A DNA stretch of 61,836 bases, counting the filler. It is 3 parts of 3 records of this genome, joined end to end, with 100 filler letters (N's around TTAATTAATTAA, not from the genome) between each part and the next. Parts side by side here need not be neighbours in the genome. Positions count along the whole stretch, not along the records: positions 1 to 8,830 come from SRR31156797_2937; positions 8,931 to 35,743 come from SRR31156797_2946; 1 more part is not named here. One strand, given 5' to 3'. The notes under the pieces are model-generated. The model did not search any database. It had not been told where the DNA came from and worked only from the letters and a program-made list of their open reading frames with translations. Position numbers and translations under genes: made by a program. Shown here piece after piece: positions 1 to 9,050 of the stretch; positions within the stretch are counted from its first letter, which is position 1; every line of letters begins with the position of its first letter.

Positions 1-278
1 GCATCTTTCAAAGCTTTCACAAGAATATGATCGGGAGCTGTGGGAGATAATTCTTTCACAACATCGGCATAGCTGGCCATCGCGCCAATTTCGATGATGT
101 CCTTGTCTGTTTTCACATAGTCCAAACCGAGCTTTTTAAGGCAGACAATTCCTTCGACACCCGAAAGATCACGCCCGCTCAGATGGGTTCCGCCGCCATG
201 AATGACAACGTTTTTTTCCTCTAGCAGAGACGCCGCCTCAGCCAGAGATACCGGATAGTACCATTTAATATTTATCAT
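1..278 (-). CDS. FAD-binding medium subunit of a xanthine/CO dehydrogenase-family molybdoenzyme (5' part only, runs off window edge)
   Basis: Manual translation from ATG at 278: MINIKWYYPVSLAEAASLLEEKNVVIHGGGTHLSGRDL...IEIGAMASYADV. The Y-x-P-x-S-L-x-E-A, GGT and IGA motifs match CoxM/XdhB-type FAD subunits. Not in the ORF track because it is open at the edge. Confidence 0.75.
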   Translation of the reverse strand, partial: MINIKWYYPVSLAEAASLLEEKNVVIHGGGTHLSGRDLSGVEGIVCLKKLGLDYVKTDKDIIEIGAMASYADVVKELSPTAPDHILVKALKD

Positions 279-563
279 AGTATTAAATTTCCAATAATGC
301 CGGGTGAATGTCAAGAAAATAATAGGGTGCGGGAAGGCGGTAGACGGGATGCTTTCTGCCTGCCTGACGAAGCTCCGACTGAAGCGTTAGTTTATTATAA
401 AAGTTGTTAATTACTAAATTTGTATGCCCGTCACATATGCACATGTTTCAAAATTGCAACATTCATCACACTTTAAGATTATAGTATACTTCAGGAGATA
501 ATTAATATTGACGGTATACAGGTGAGACTTTCGTTGTAAAATACTGAAAGTAATATTTAGGTA

Positions 564-598
564 ATGATACTTATAGTCCGTAGACTTATATTCATCAT
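564..598 (+). promoter_or_regulatory. Tandem C-protein operator (double C-box) of the R-M controller
   Basis: ATGATACTTATAGTC-CGT-AGACTTATATTCATCAT, 35 bp. Two GACT-TAT-AGTC-type boxes around a central CGT, the layout of the C.Esp1396I/C.AhdI operators, directly upstream of the C gene. Confidence 0.85.
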
Positions 599-625
599 TT
601 TGCTTAAATTGAGTCTATAAAATAA

Positions 626-862
626 ATGGAAAGAAAAATGAGTAATGAAAGCATTATTATAAAAATAGGCAAACGCATTAGAGAGTTACGTGTGCAGAAT
701 AGTCTCTCTCAGGAAAAATTGGCATTCCTTTGTGGGTTAGATCGAACATATATTGGTTCAGTTGAAAGAGGAGAGCGTAATATTTCAATTATAAATTTAG
801 AGAAAATAGCATGTGCATTAAAAATATCATTAAGCGATTTATTAATACTGGAGAAGAAATGA
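626..862 (+). CDS. R-M controller (C) protein, XRE-family HTH
   Basis: IGKRIRELR...SQEKLAFLCGLDRTYIGSVERGERNISIINLEKIA. Its stop overlaps the REase start (ATGA at 859-862) and C-boxes lie upstream. Start could be 626 or 638. Confidence 0.92.
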   Translation: MERKMSNESIIIKIGKRIRELRVQNSLSQEKLAFLCGLDRTYIGSVERGERNISIINLEKIACALKISLSDLLILEKK

Positions 863-1971
863 ACCCAGACTTCAAAATTCCCCCAAAATTACCTGAAAAA
901 TTGACACCCTCAGATAAATTGATTGATGCTTTAAAACCGCTTATTGGTAAGAATTTTGCTTTATCAGATAAAACAAGGAAAAATGGATCAAATTTAAGAA
1001 AAACCATTGCAAAAACACTTGAATATATTGATTTACCCGAGTTAGCAAATAGCGATGAATATGAAATCGTACCCTTGAAAGAAAAAGGCGTTCCAAGAAT
1101 AAGAAGAGAGTTTATTGATACATATATAATAACAACGGGAGAATCTTACAATCTTCAGGTTTGGAACAGATATCCCGCCAGTGATTCTCTGTTAATTAAA
1201 TACGAAACAGGGGAGAGCTTAAGTTGCATAGATGTCAGATTTGTATTAGTTCGGGTTAAGGAAGAGAAAATATCATCAATATTTATTCTATCGCCTAAAT
1301 ATATTGAGAAGAAATTTGGAAAGTTTGGTAAACCCACAATTAAAAACCAAATAATTATCTCAAATAAAAGCAGAAGAAATATTGTTTCATCAGAGGATAA
1401 AATACTTTTCTATAAAGACTCAAAGAGTATTGCATATCTTACAACTAATACTTACACAGAACCTAAAAAACACATGATGGCAGAACCACAAGCAAATTAC
1501 CTGTACTCAATGAAAATTCTTAAAGAAAAGGTAGCAGAAAAACTTATAGGGGAAAAGCTGCCTGCAGCATCAACAAAAGTCAGAGGACAGGATTTGGAGC
1601 GAAAAGTATCTGAGCTTCTGGGATATGAGTTGGTTGAGAATGACTTACTAGCTGGTGGCTATCCAGATATAAAAAACCAAATGTTAGAAGTAAAAGTACA
1701 AGATTCACCAACAATAGATTTAGGGAAATATTCTCCTGAAAAAGAAGAAATAATTGATGCGAATCTAAAAATTACGACAAAAAATATGCGATATTTGATT
1801 GCATTGACGAACGAAGAGAACGAAAAAATTGAGGGAGTTGTGTTGGCTCCCGGAGAAAAGCTTGGTGAAAATTTTTCATATGTTTCTGATCAAAATTATA
1901 AATGCCAACGATCTATTCCTATGACATTCTTTGATAAATATGATGGAAAGGTTGTTTTTAATCCTGATTAA
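859..1971 (+). CDS. Type II restriction endonuclease (PD-(D/E)XK)
   Basis: Catalytic-like motif GYPDIKNQMLEVK. Sits between the C gene and a convergent MTase. Start chosen at ATG 859 (GGAG RBS, coupled to C stop). Confidence 0.85.
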   Translation: MNPDFKIPPKLPEKLTPSDKLIDALKPLIGKNFALSDKTRKNGSNLRKTIAKTLEYIDLPELANSDEYEIVPLKEKGVPRIRREFIDTYIITTGESYNLQVWNRYPASDSLLIKYETGESLSCIDVRFVLVRVKEEKISSIFILSPKYIEKKFGKFGKPTIKNQIIISNKSRRNIVSSEDKILFYKDSKSIAYLTTNTYTEPKKHMMAEPQANYLYSMKILKEKVAEKLIGEKLPAASTKVRGQDLERKVSELLGYELVENDLLAGGYPDIKNQMLEVKVQDSPTIDLGKYSPEKEEIIDANLKITTKNMRYLIALTNEENEKIEGVVLAPGEKLGENFSYVSDQNYKCQRSIPMTFFDKYDGKVVFNPD

Positions 1972-3622
1972 ATATTGGCTTAACACCAAAAGCATTTGCT
2001 ACAAGAATTTCTAAATCTTGTTCAAGTCTTTTTATCAGTTTATTCTCTGTTGTTGAATTTAGTTTGTTAACAACTTTAATAATTGCCTTTGAAGCTTTTA
2101 AATTTATGTCAGGCAGGGGGTATTTTTCAACATATTGTGTAAAGTATCGTCTTCTGCCAGAATATAATTTATTGTTAAAAACAAGGTCGTGATATTTTGT
2201 CATTAAATTAGAATTTGCAACACCTTGAATTAAGAGTAATTTTTCAATTTCATAGTCTTTTGTGGCTGTTATCCAGTAGCAATTTCCATTTACAATCTTG
2301 CCTTCTCTATCTAAGTAAAATCTTGGAAATACACTTATATCCGGAAATACCAATTTAGGATTGCTCCATAAAGCTGGATTTTGAGGCACCCATATTTCAA
2401 ACCACTTTCGCCCCGAATTAATTACATAAGTTCTGTTTGAAAGTCTTTTGTTGTGGGTTAAAAGGTATTTCTTAGCTTTCGGATAATTTTCAAGGTTAAT
2501 TACTTTTTTCTTATCGTTTTCAGAATAATGTGTATACAATACTTGTTGGTGCTTTTTTCCATTAAGGCGCCAAGCTTGAACGTTCTCTTGTGAGATTAAT
2601 TCCTTTATTAGTTCTTTTTCGGGAATATCATCCCCTAAAGTTTCCCAATTAGATTTAATAAAAATCTTGTCTGCAGTAGTTTTTATTCCAACACGTACTT
2701 TAAAGTGATCTTTGACTCTACTTTTCGAGTTTGAGTTAATTGTATTGATCCATTTAATTTCATCTGTTGTTAATAACTCCCAAGGCAATCCAAATTTATA
2801 TTCAAATTTTAACGTTCCTTGAGTTTGTTTATAAAACTTATCATCAAATTTATAGTTACATGTTTTATTTAACTTTAGTCCATCAAACAAGCTTTTAACA
2901 TTAATTATATCCTCAGTACTTGTAGGTGTAAATTCATATATTTTGAGGAAATTTGCCTCTGATTCTTGTGAACTATGAGGCTTACATTTTTTACCCATAA
3001 AAATTGATGGTAAAACTGCTGCATCGAACAATTTTGTATCACCTAGGTCTATCAGTTCAGTTATCTCAAAATTATTTGCTAAATATTTTCTAACGCTTTT
3101 TCCAGCATTAGTAGATAAAAAGCGATTAGATGTTATTACACCCAAGACACCACCTTTTTTCAAGCTTTCTGTCATGGCAATAAGAAAAGGGTGGTACAAG
3201 TCAACTCTCCCAGATAGATTAAATTTGCCCGCCAGATATTGTGCTTTGTCAGATCCTAAAATTTGAGTTCTTACATAAGGTGGATTTGCAATAACAATAT
3301 CATAATCTTCATTATAAGATTCTTCTAAAAAATCCTTATTTAAAAGTCTGTGGTTTGAACTATCAATTTCATTCAATTTGTTTTTTGCGAGACCGAGGTA
3401 TTGGGAATTTGTGTCATATCCCGTGAGATGAAAGCTAGCACCTTTTTCTTTTAATAAACTCCCAATTGAGTGTAATAATTCTCCATCACCACATGCGGGA
3501 TCAAGTATTTTTATCTTGTTTTGTGTATTGGCAAAATCAACCAACTTATCTGCCAGAAAATTAGCCAATTGTGTTGGTGTAAAGGTTGCGCCAGAATTTT
3601 TTATTGTGGTCTTTTCGGTCAT
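1958..3622 (-). CDS. Type II N6-adenine DNA methyltransferase, gamma class (M.BseCI/BanIII/ClaI-like, probably ATCGAT)
   Basis: Motif X GATFTP, motif I ILDPACGDGELL, motif IV IANPPYVRTQILG, then DLYHPFL, GVITSNRFL and TRD segments VGIKTTAD, WFEIWVP, GNCYWI, NKLYSGRRRY that I recall from M.BseCI. Specificity is from recollection and needs a REBASE check. Confidence 0.92.
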   Translation of the reverse strand: MTEKTTIKNSGATFTPTQLANFLADKLVDFANTQNKIKILDPACGDGELLHSIGSLLKEKGASFHLTGYDTNSQYLGLAKNKLNEIDSSNHRLLNKDFLEESYNEDYDIVIANPPYVRTQILGSDKAQYLAGKFNLSGRVDLYHPFLIAMTESLKKGGVLGVITSNRFLSTNAGKSVRKYLANNFEITELIDLGDTKLFDAAVLPSIFMGKKCKPHSSQESEANFLKIYEFTPTSTEDIINVKSLFDGLKLNKTCNYKFDDKFYKQTQGTLKFEYKFGLPWELLTTDEIKWINTINSNSKSRVKDHFKVRVGIKTTADKIFIKSNWETLGDDIPEKELIKELISQENVQAWRLNGKKHQQVLYTHYSENDKKKVINLENYPKAKKYLLTHNKRLSNRTYVINSGRKWFEIWVPQNPALWSNPKLVFPDISVFPRFYLDREGKIVNGNCYWITATKDYEIEKLLLIQGVANSNLMTKYHDLVFNNKLYSGRRRYFTQYVEKYPLPDINLKASKAIIKVVNKLNSTTENKLIKRLEQDLEILVANAFGVKPIFNQD

Positions 3623-3628
3623 AGTATA

Positions 3629-3647
3629 AGATACTTATAGTCATCAT
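3629..3647 (-). promoter_or_regulatory. Single C-box upstream of the methyltransferase gene
   Basis: Plus-strand AGATACTTATAGTCATCAT shares GATACTTATAGTC with the left box at 566-578 and lies 6 nt upstream of the MTase ATG (3622). Confidence 0.8.
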
Positions 3648-3671
3648 CCATTACAAGAAAAAGATATGAAA

Positions 3672-5702
3672 TTATATGGTTGAGGGAGGTTTGGGTTTGT
3701 TGCAATCTATTATAATAGTTGTTATTGATTGCCGAGATGGTGTTATTGTCTTTAATTGCTTTTCTAGGACAGCGATTGATTCATAGTTTCCAGGCTTATT
3801 AAATTTATCTCCTTTGTACCATAAAATAAGATAAATTCCATGTCGTGTTCTCTCACTAGTCAAATATTGGGGCAATTGGTGGGTTAATCCTGGTTCAATA
3901 TTGTGATTATGTGCATTTTTTAATTCAATACAGCATTTGAGTATTTTTCCTTGATGTGAATAGGTGCAATTAAAATCTACTTTGCCACCTGCGGTAATTG
4001 ATTCTCTAGATATTTGAATTCCAACATAATCACAAATAGTTTTTAATTGTCCTTTGATGAATGGTTGCATGTCTGGCTCGGTTTGAGGTATGTAATTATT
4101 ACCGTCTTTCTTCCAGAAGTACTTATAGTTATCGTGCAATTCAATGTTATCTTTCAATATAATGTTGATCAATGCAATAATAAAATTTTGTAATGTTTTA
4201 TTTGAAATAATCGATGATTGATCAACTAACTCTTTGATTTGAATATACTCGTCTGATAAATTAAGCTCACTTAATCTTTCTATAAATCTGTCAGATGCAA
4301 ATTCATATGCTCTTGGGTTGGTAAGGGCATAAAGTGTACTATAAAACGAAGAAGGGTTTTTTCCATCAAAATATTCAACAATGTAGTTTGAAAACATATT
4401 TATAGTGATACTGATTTTGTCTATATCTAAACTGTTTGCTATAGTTGAATAATTTTCGAGAAAAGTTTTAACAATGAATTCTTTGTGTGGAAAATACTCG
4501 CGTCCAGTTATTGCCGTTTTTTCTGAGAAATCAGTATCTTCTTTTTCACCATTATTAAATTCAAAATCCGGATGATAAAAATCATTAAATTCTATACTAA
4601 TAGATGTGATATTTTCATCATTCGTATTTGTAATAAAACCCCATCCAACGCCTCCAATACTTGTACCCTTATATCGTTGATAAACTGGATCGTTTTTATA
4701 GCTATCTAGAATTTTATATGCAATTTTAATTTTATCGTTAATTATTATTTTTTCTCGTTTGTTTTGTTTTGTTTTTATCGGGAGTGTAAATGTGATTTTT
4801 GTTGTGATAGCTTTTCTTTTAGTTTTTTCTTCATTTATTGAACCTTGTGAAATCTTTACATATTTGAAATCAAAAGCTTTGGGGGTTGTGTTGATCATTG
4901 AGCCCAACATTTCTCTTTCTTGTTCATTAAATAACTTACTATATTCATCAAGAAGTTCATGAGAAGTTGATGGGGGTTCTAACAAATATTGATTATTTAA
5001 ATAAATAAGGCGTTTTACTAGAATTTTTTCAAATTTTAGGTCAGATGAGTTGTTGAGTTCATTTTTTAGAATATTAAATATTTGAAATATTTGATTATGG
5101 TAAAGATATGTTTCAATTTTACGCCCTAAATATAAATCCCAAATATTATATAACACTTTTATATCAACATTAAAATGCTTCTCATTCTTTTTGGTAGATT
5201 CGCAATTTGAAATAAATAATTTAACTAAGTTCAATCTTATATTAATGAAATTTGCTGTAATATTCTCATCACCATTATTCAAATAATTATCAATAATATT
5301 CTTTAAAAATCGATTTTCAGCATCAATTATTGTGATTTTATAATTGGTTTTAATGGCTTCTATGGAAATAAACTCGTTTGTGATTTCAAACAGAGCATTC
5401 AAAATGGCAATTAAATTTGTTTTTTTTAACCCATTATAAAATTTTCCAATAGTAAATTCAGGTGATTCAAGTGGATCATGTTTTGTTCGTTTATCACCTT
5501 CACCATATTCAGCTTCTGAGTGAAAATCAAAATTTTGAGTGTTATGGCAATAAATCAAATTAAGATATTTTTTAATATAATTAACTATTTGCCACTCAAT
5601 TTCTTCATTTGTATTATTAACATCTAATTTGTTGAAAAATGTAAAAATCTCTTCAAATGATTTTATAGCTTTATCACGAGTAAGAGGGGAAAAGTGTTTC
5701 AT
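3672..5702 (-). CDS. Hypothetical protein with C-terminal PD-(D/E)XK-like nuclease domain; candidate defence effector
   Basis: Long AT-rich ORF. C-terminus EPDMQPF...RE..TAGGKVDF...CCIELKN...GLTHQLPQYL...HGIYLILWYKG fits a REase-fold core. N-terminal ~500 aa not recognised. Confidence 0.65.
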   Translation of the reverse strand: MKHFSPLTRDKAIKSFEEIFTFFNKLDVNNTNEEIEWQIVNYIKKYLNLIYCHNTQNFDFHSEAEYGEGDKRTKHDPLESPEFTIGKFYNGLKKTNLIAILNALFEITNEFISIEAIKTNYKITIIDAENRFLKNIIDNYLNNGDENITANFINIRLNLVKLFISNCESTKKNEKHFNVDIKVLYNIWDLYLGRKIETYLYHNQIFQIFNILKNELNNSSDLKFEKILVKRLIYLNNQYLLEPPSTSHELLDEYSKLFNEQEREMLGSMINTTPKAFDFKYVKISQGSINEEKTKRKAITTKITFTLPIKTKQNKREKIIINDKIKIAYKILDSYKNDPVYQRYKGTSIGGVGWGFITNTNDENITSISIEFNDFYHPDFEFNNGEKEDTDFSEKTAITGREYFPHKEFIVKTFLENYSTIANSLDIDKISITINMFSNYIVEYFDGKNPSSFYSTLYALTNPRAYEFASDRFIERLSELNLSDEYIQIKELVDQSSIISNKTLQNFIIALINIILKDNIELHDNYKYFWKKDGNNYIPQTEPDMQPFIKGQLKTICDYVGIQISRESITAGGKVDFNCTYSHQGKILKCCIELKNAHNHNIEPGLTHQLPQYLTSERTRHGIYLILWYKGDKFNKPGNYESIAVLEKQLKTITPSRQSITTIIIDCNKPKPPSTI

Positions 5703-5784
5703 AGTAATTGTCTCTCATTTTTTATGAAATTATTCATTTATCATGAAAATATCAATGAGATATTATTTCTCTTATATTCTTGAT

Positions 5785-5810
5785 AAAATGTGACGTGTGT
5801 CACAAATTTT
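5785..5810. promoter_or_regulatory. CRP/FNR-family-like palindrome TGTGA-N6-TCACA
   Basis: AAAATGTGACGTGTGTCACAAATTTT between the divergent 676-aa gene and the cysteine hydrolase. Confidence 0.55.
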
Positions 5811-5904
5811 ACTTGGTAAAAGCCTCTTATAAACCTTGAGAACAACCATTTTTAGACCTAAATTATTTGAAAGTAATATTATCGCCTGATCGGAAGGAAA
5901 CCCT

Positions 5905-6396
5905 ATGCAAAACAAGGCCTTGGTCATCATCGACATTCAGAATGACATCACCAAAAACTACAAGGATATTATTGACAATATCAATCAAGCGATCGATTGG
6001 TCGGTTGATCATGATCTTCATGTTATTTATATCAGGCATGAGAATTTATCAGAGGGTACCCGAACCTTTAAGCCCAATACTCCCGGGGCGGAATTGGCTT
6101 CGGATCTGAAGATCGTATCGGACAATGTGTTTACAAAATACAAATCAAACGCATTGACCTCTGAAGCATTTACAAACTTTATCGCTAAAAATGACATAAG
6201 CGAATTCTATATAACGGGAGCAGATGCCACTGTTTGTGTCAAATCCACCTGTTTTAATTTACGTAAAGCAAATTATGATGTTTCTGTCTTGTCAGATTGC
6301 ATCACCAGCTGGAGTAAGAAGAAAATTCCCGAGATGATAGAGTATTATGAGAGTAAGGGGTGCGAGATCATTACTTTAGATAATTTACCCTTTTAG
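5905..6396 (+). CDS. Isochorismatase-family cysteine hydrolase
   Basis: ALVIIDIQND (Asp), FTKYKSNAL (Lys) and ITGADATVCVKST (Cys) catalytic triad motifs. AAGGA RBS upstream. Confidence 0.9.
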   Translation: MQNKALVIIDIQNDITKNYKDIIDNINQAIDWSVDHDLHVIYIRHENLSEGTRTFKPNTPGAELASDLKIVSDNVFTKYKSNALTSEAFTNFIAKNDISEFYITGADATVCVKSTCFNLRKANYDVSVLSDCITSWSKKKIPEMIEYYESKGCEIITLDNLPF

Positions 6397-6443
6397 CCTG
6401 TACGGTGAATAAAGAAAATTCGCGCCTAAACTAGATGTTTGGA

Positions 6444-6531
6444 GCACTGGGCACTGGGCACTGGGCGCTGAGAAAGACTGTTCACTAATATACTGATCAC
6501 CACAGTTCACCGTTTACTGTTCACTGTTTAC
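6444..6531. repeat. Two short heptamer tandem repeats
   Basis: (GCACTGG)3-GCGCTGA at 6444-6471 and AGTTCAC-CGTTTAC-TGTTCAC-TGTTTAC at 6504-6531. Confidence 0.7.
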
Positions 6532-6574
6532 CCAAAAAGTCAAGCAAAGAAAGAAAGGCATTAATCAAAACTTG

Positions 6575-6900
6575 TTCAACCCCTCGACGGAGCCTGTCCC
6601 GATGAATATCGGGGCTCAGGGTTGATTTTGGGGAGGGCTTTATCCCCGGGCTTTGCCCGGGTCTACAAACATTTGACCGCTCTGCGGTCTATGAGATATC
6701 AATCAATCAACAGGCTCAAATTTATCATTTCAAAATTACTTTCTCATAAATAGATCCTTCGACTCCGCTCAGGATGACAAACCTACGCTCTTTGAGCTTC
6801 GGCTTGCAAGCAGGCTTATTCTCGTTTTATCTGTGCAATCTGCGCCTGCCCTTCCGAATCCGCCAGCTGGCGGAGAAGGAGGGAAATCTGTGGATAAATA
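6575..6900. repeat. Cluster of REP/REPIN-like palindromic elements
   Basis: Nested hairpins TCAACCCCTCGAC...CCCGATgaatATCGGG...GCTCAGGGTTGA, CCCGGGctttgCCCGGG, GACCGCTCTGCGGTC, CCTTCGACTCCGCTCAGGATGAC and TCCGCCAGCTGGCGGA. Confidence 0.65.
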
Positions 6901-6948
6901 TTTTTCTTGGTGTCTTAGTCTTCTTCGTGCCTCTGTGTGAGGCTCTTC

Positions 6949-8178
6949 CTATACTATATCGTAAAAGGTCCCATAATCGGGATCAAACAAACGCTTATAA
7001 ACCTTGGGCAAGGATATATCCGTCTGCTCTGAGAAATAATCGCAGACCATTCTGGCGATGGAAACATAATCGTTCTTGTCGATATGTTTTAACTTTTCAC
7101 GCAGAATATTCGGCAGGATCTTTTCGTTCAGGGAAAAGTGTTTGGGGTCGCCCTGGAGGAAGGTGGTGAACAAACGCTCCAGAATATAGCGGCCCTTGAA
7201 TTCCAGTTGCTCCAGTTGCGGTGAGCGGAAAATGATATCAACGGCGAGTCGTTTGTAAAGATTGTTTTCGGCTTCCACTGTGGGATCGATCTCAATGCCG
7301 TATTTATATCGATTGGTTTTTGCAGCAAGAGGATGCTCGCGTTCAACGACCTTGGTTCCTTCAATGAATTTCCCGGTGCGTGATGCCAGGTAGCGGTCGA
7401 AATCTTCGCGATGATCCAGTTTTGCGATCACAGTTTCAAGGTATTGCGCTTCATCTTTGCTTAGTTCATGTTCAGCCGCCCAGCGTTCGATCTCTTTGCG
7501 GGTGACAAATCCGGCCAAATAGCCGTCGGACAGATCGTGAAGCGAATAGGCCACATCGTCAGCCCAGTTCATGATCTGGCATTCCAGACTGCGCTCGGGA
7601 TGGCAATCATTTCCGCCATTCACAAATTCAAGATACTGGTCCTGCCCGTCATAAAGGAATTTGCTTTCTTTTGTGCGGTCGGACCACAGCACTTTGTACT
7701 TCAGAATACCATCTATGAAAGCACGACTTGGCTTCATGCCTTCGTCGCCTTCGGGATCTTCATGCAGTTGTTCTGTGATGATTTGCAGGGTCTGGGCGTT
7801 GCCTTCAAAACCACCGGCTTCGCGCATCAGGTCGTTCAACATGGCTTCACCGGGATGACCGTAGGGCGGATTCCCAAGGTCATGCGCCAGACAAATGCCT
7901 TCGACAAGATCGACATCTACGGCCGCTTCCTTGAAAACGGTTTTGTTGATAAAATTGACAATGGATCTGCCGGTCTGAGCAACTTCGAGAGAATGGGTCA
8001 ATCGCGTGCGATAAAAGTCGTGAGCCCCGGATTTGAATACCTGGGTTTTATTTTGCAAACGACGAAAAGCACCGCTGTAAAGCACGCGGTCGCGATCGAC
8101 TTGGAACACGGTACGATAATGGTCATCGTGCCGTGCCCCTAGAGTTTCTTTATCGAAACGATTATAAAAATCGGACAT
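6949..8178 (-). CDS. dgt: dGTP triphosphohydrolase (HD superfamily)
   Basis: RTVFQVDRDRVLYSGAFRRLQNKTQV, RTRLTHSLEV, CLAHDLGNPPYGHPGE, GFEGNAQT, WADDVAYSLHD. Confidence 0.95.
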   Translation of the reverse strand: MSDFYNRFDKETLGARHDDHYRTVFQVDRDRVLYSGAFRRLQNKTQVFKSGAHDFYRTRLTHSLEVAQTGRSIVNFINKTVFKEAAVDVDLVEGICLAHDLGNPPYGHPGEAMLNDLMREAGGFEGNAQTLQIITEQLHEDPEGDEGMKPSRAFIDGILKYKVLWSDRTKESKFLYDGQDQYLEFVNGGNDCHPERSLECQIMNWADDVAYSLHDLSDGYLAGFVTRKEIERWAAEHELSKDEAQYLETVIAKLDHREDFDRYLASRTGKFIEGTKVVEREHPLAAKTNRYKYGIEIDPTVEAENNLYKRLAVDIIFRSPQLEQLEFKGRYILERLFTTFLQGDPKHFSLNEKILPNILREKLKHIDKNDYVSIARMVCDYFSEQTDISLPKVYKRLFDPDYGTFYDIV

Positions 8179-8408
8179 TAGCCTACGTTGACGACTTCGA
8201 CAACTTCCGGAATTTCGTTTTTAAGTACGCGTTCGATGCCGGCTTTGAGCGTCATGGTTGACATCGGGCAGCCTTTGCAAGCGCCGGTCAAGCGGACTTC
8301 AACGACATTATCTTCACGAACATTGACCAATTCGCAGTCACCGCCGTCCATCTGTAATGAGGGGCGTACTTTATCTAAAACTTCTTGAACTTTTACTCTA
8401 TCTAACAT
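8178..8408 (-). CDS. NifU/NfuA C-terminal-domain Fe-S scaffold protein
   Basis: [15 protein letters not shown]...[20 protein letters not shown] (CxxC). Its stop overlaps the dgt start. Confidence 0.93.
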   Translation of the reverse strand: MLDRVKVQEVLDKVRPSLQMDGGDCELVNVREDNVVEVRLTGACKGCPMSTMTLKAGIERVLKNEIPEVVEVVNVG

Positions 8409-8559
8409 TTTGTTTCCTTTCGGTTTGTTTCATGTTTTTCAAGAGAAGAATATAAACATATTTCCTATCTGTATCAAAGAAAATCGGAGGAAAAGATCGT
8501 ATGTTTTTCTTTAAAACTCCGAATATTATTATTGTTTTTATTACACGAAAACTATTGCA

Positions 8560-8830
8560 CGTCCCCGGAGGGGACAAATCATCATAGATATATGGTCTCA
8601 TATTTAATCACAACCGCAGAGCGGTTGAACAATAAATTTGAATATCGTACAACCACGCTGTGGTTGTGGTTTGGATTAAGATATTATGGCTATTGCGGTT
8701 CATCCCCTCCGGGGATTATTCAATAATTACCCCGACCCTGTGGAGGGGTAATTCGGAGATGACCCGGGATTTCATCCCGGGTATTTGAACTAAAATATAC
8801 CAACCCCGAGCTTGTCGAGGGGTTGACCTT
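8560..8830. repeat. Second REP/REPIN-like cluster, same family as 6575-6690, at contig end
   Basis: GTCCCCGGAGGGGAC, CAACCGCAGAGCGGTTG, CAACCACGCTGTGGTTG, ATCCCCTCCGGGGAT, CCCGGGatttcatCCCGGG and CAACCCCGAGCTTGTCGAGGGGTTGA. The last is the reverse-orientation counterpart of the 6575 hairpin. Confidence 0.7.
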
Positions 8831-8930
8831 NNNNNNNNNNNNNNNNNNNNNNNNNNNNNNNNNNNNNNNNNNNNTTAATTAATTAANNNNNNNNNNNNNN
8901 NNNNNNNNNNNNNNNNNNNNNNNNNNNNNN
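8831..8930. other. Artificial contig linker (N run with TTAATTAATTAA)
   Basis: 100 nt of N with a six-frame stop spacer. Base composition jumps across it. Confidence 0.98.
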
Positions 8931-9050
8931 CGTTTTTTGGCCGTTTCAAAAAATAAGTCCGGGACGGTGCGGTCGCCCCACCACCCCTTCCGGGTATATT
9001 CATCGATTTTCTCCCGGGGAACCGGTATCATGCTGCCTCCCTTTGCCTTG

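Noticed and set aside
6575-6900. Palindrome cluster as a possible CRISPR array (also 8560-8830)
   Set aside because: No identical direct repeats with regular unique spacers, and no cas genes.
6774-7169. 131-aa plus-strand ORF, and 8532-8726 ORF
   Set aside because: They run through REP-like repeats or antisense to dgt, with no recognisable protein features.
6949-8178. dGTPase as an antiphage nucleotide-depletion gene near the defence island
   Set aside because: Host-like GC, coupled to a NifU gene and outside the AT-rich island, so more consistent with housekeeping dgt.
8831-8930. TTAATTAATTAA palindrome within N runs (also 35744-35843)
   Set aside because: Assembly concatenation spacer, not biological. 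Links between the three contigs were therefore not interpreted.
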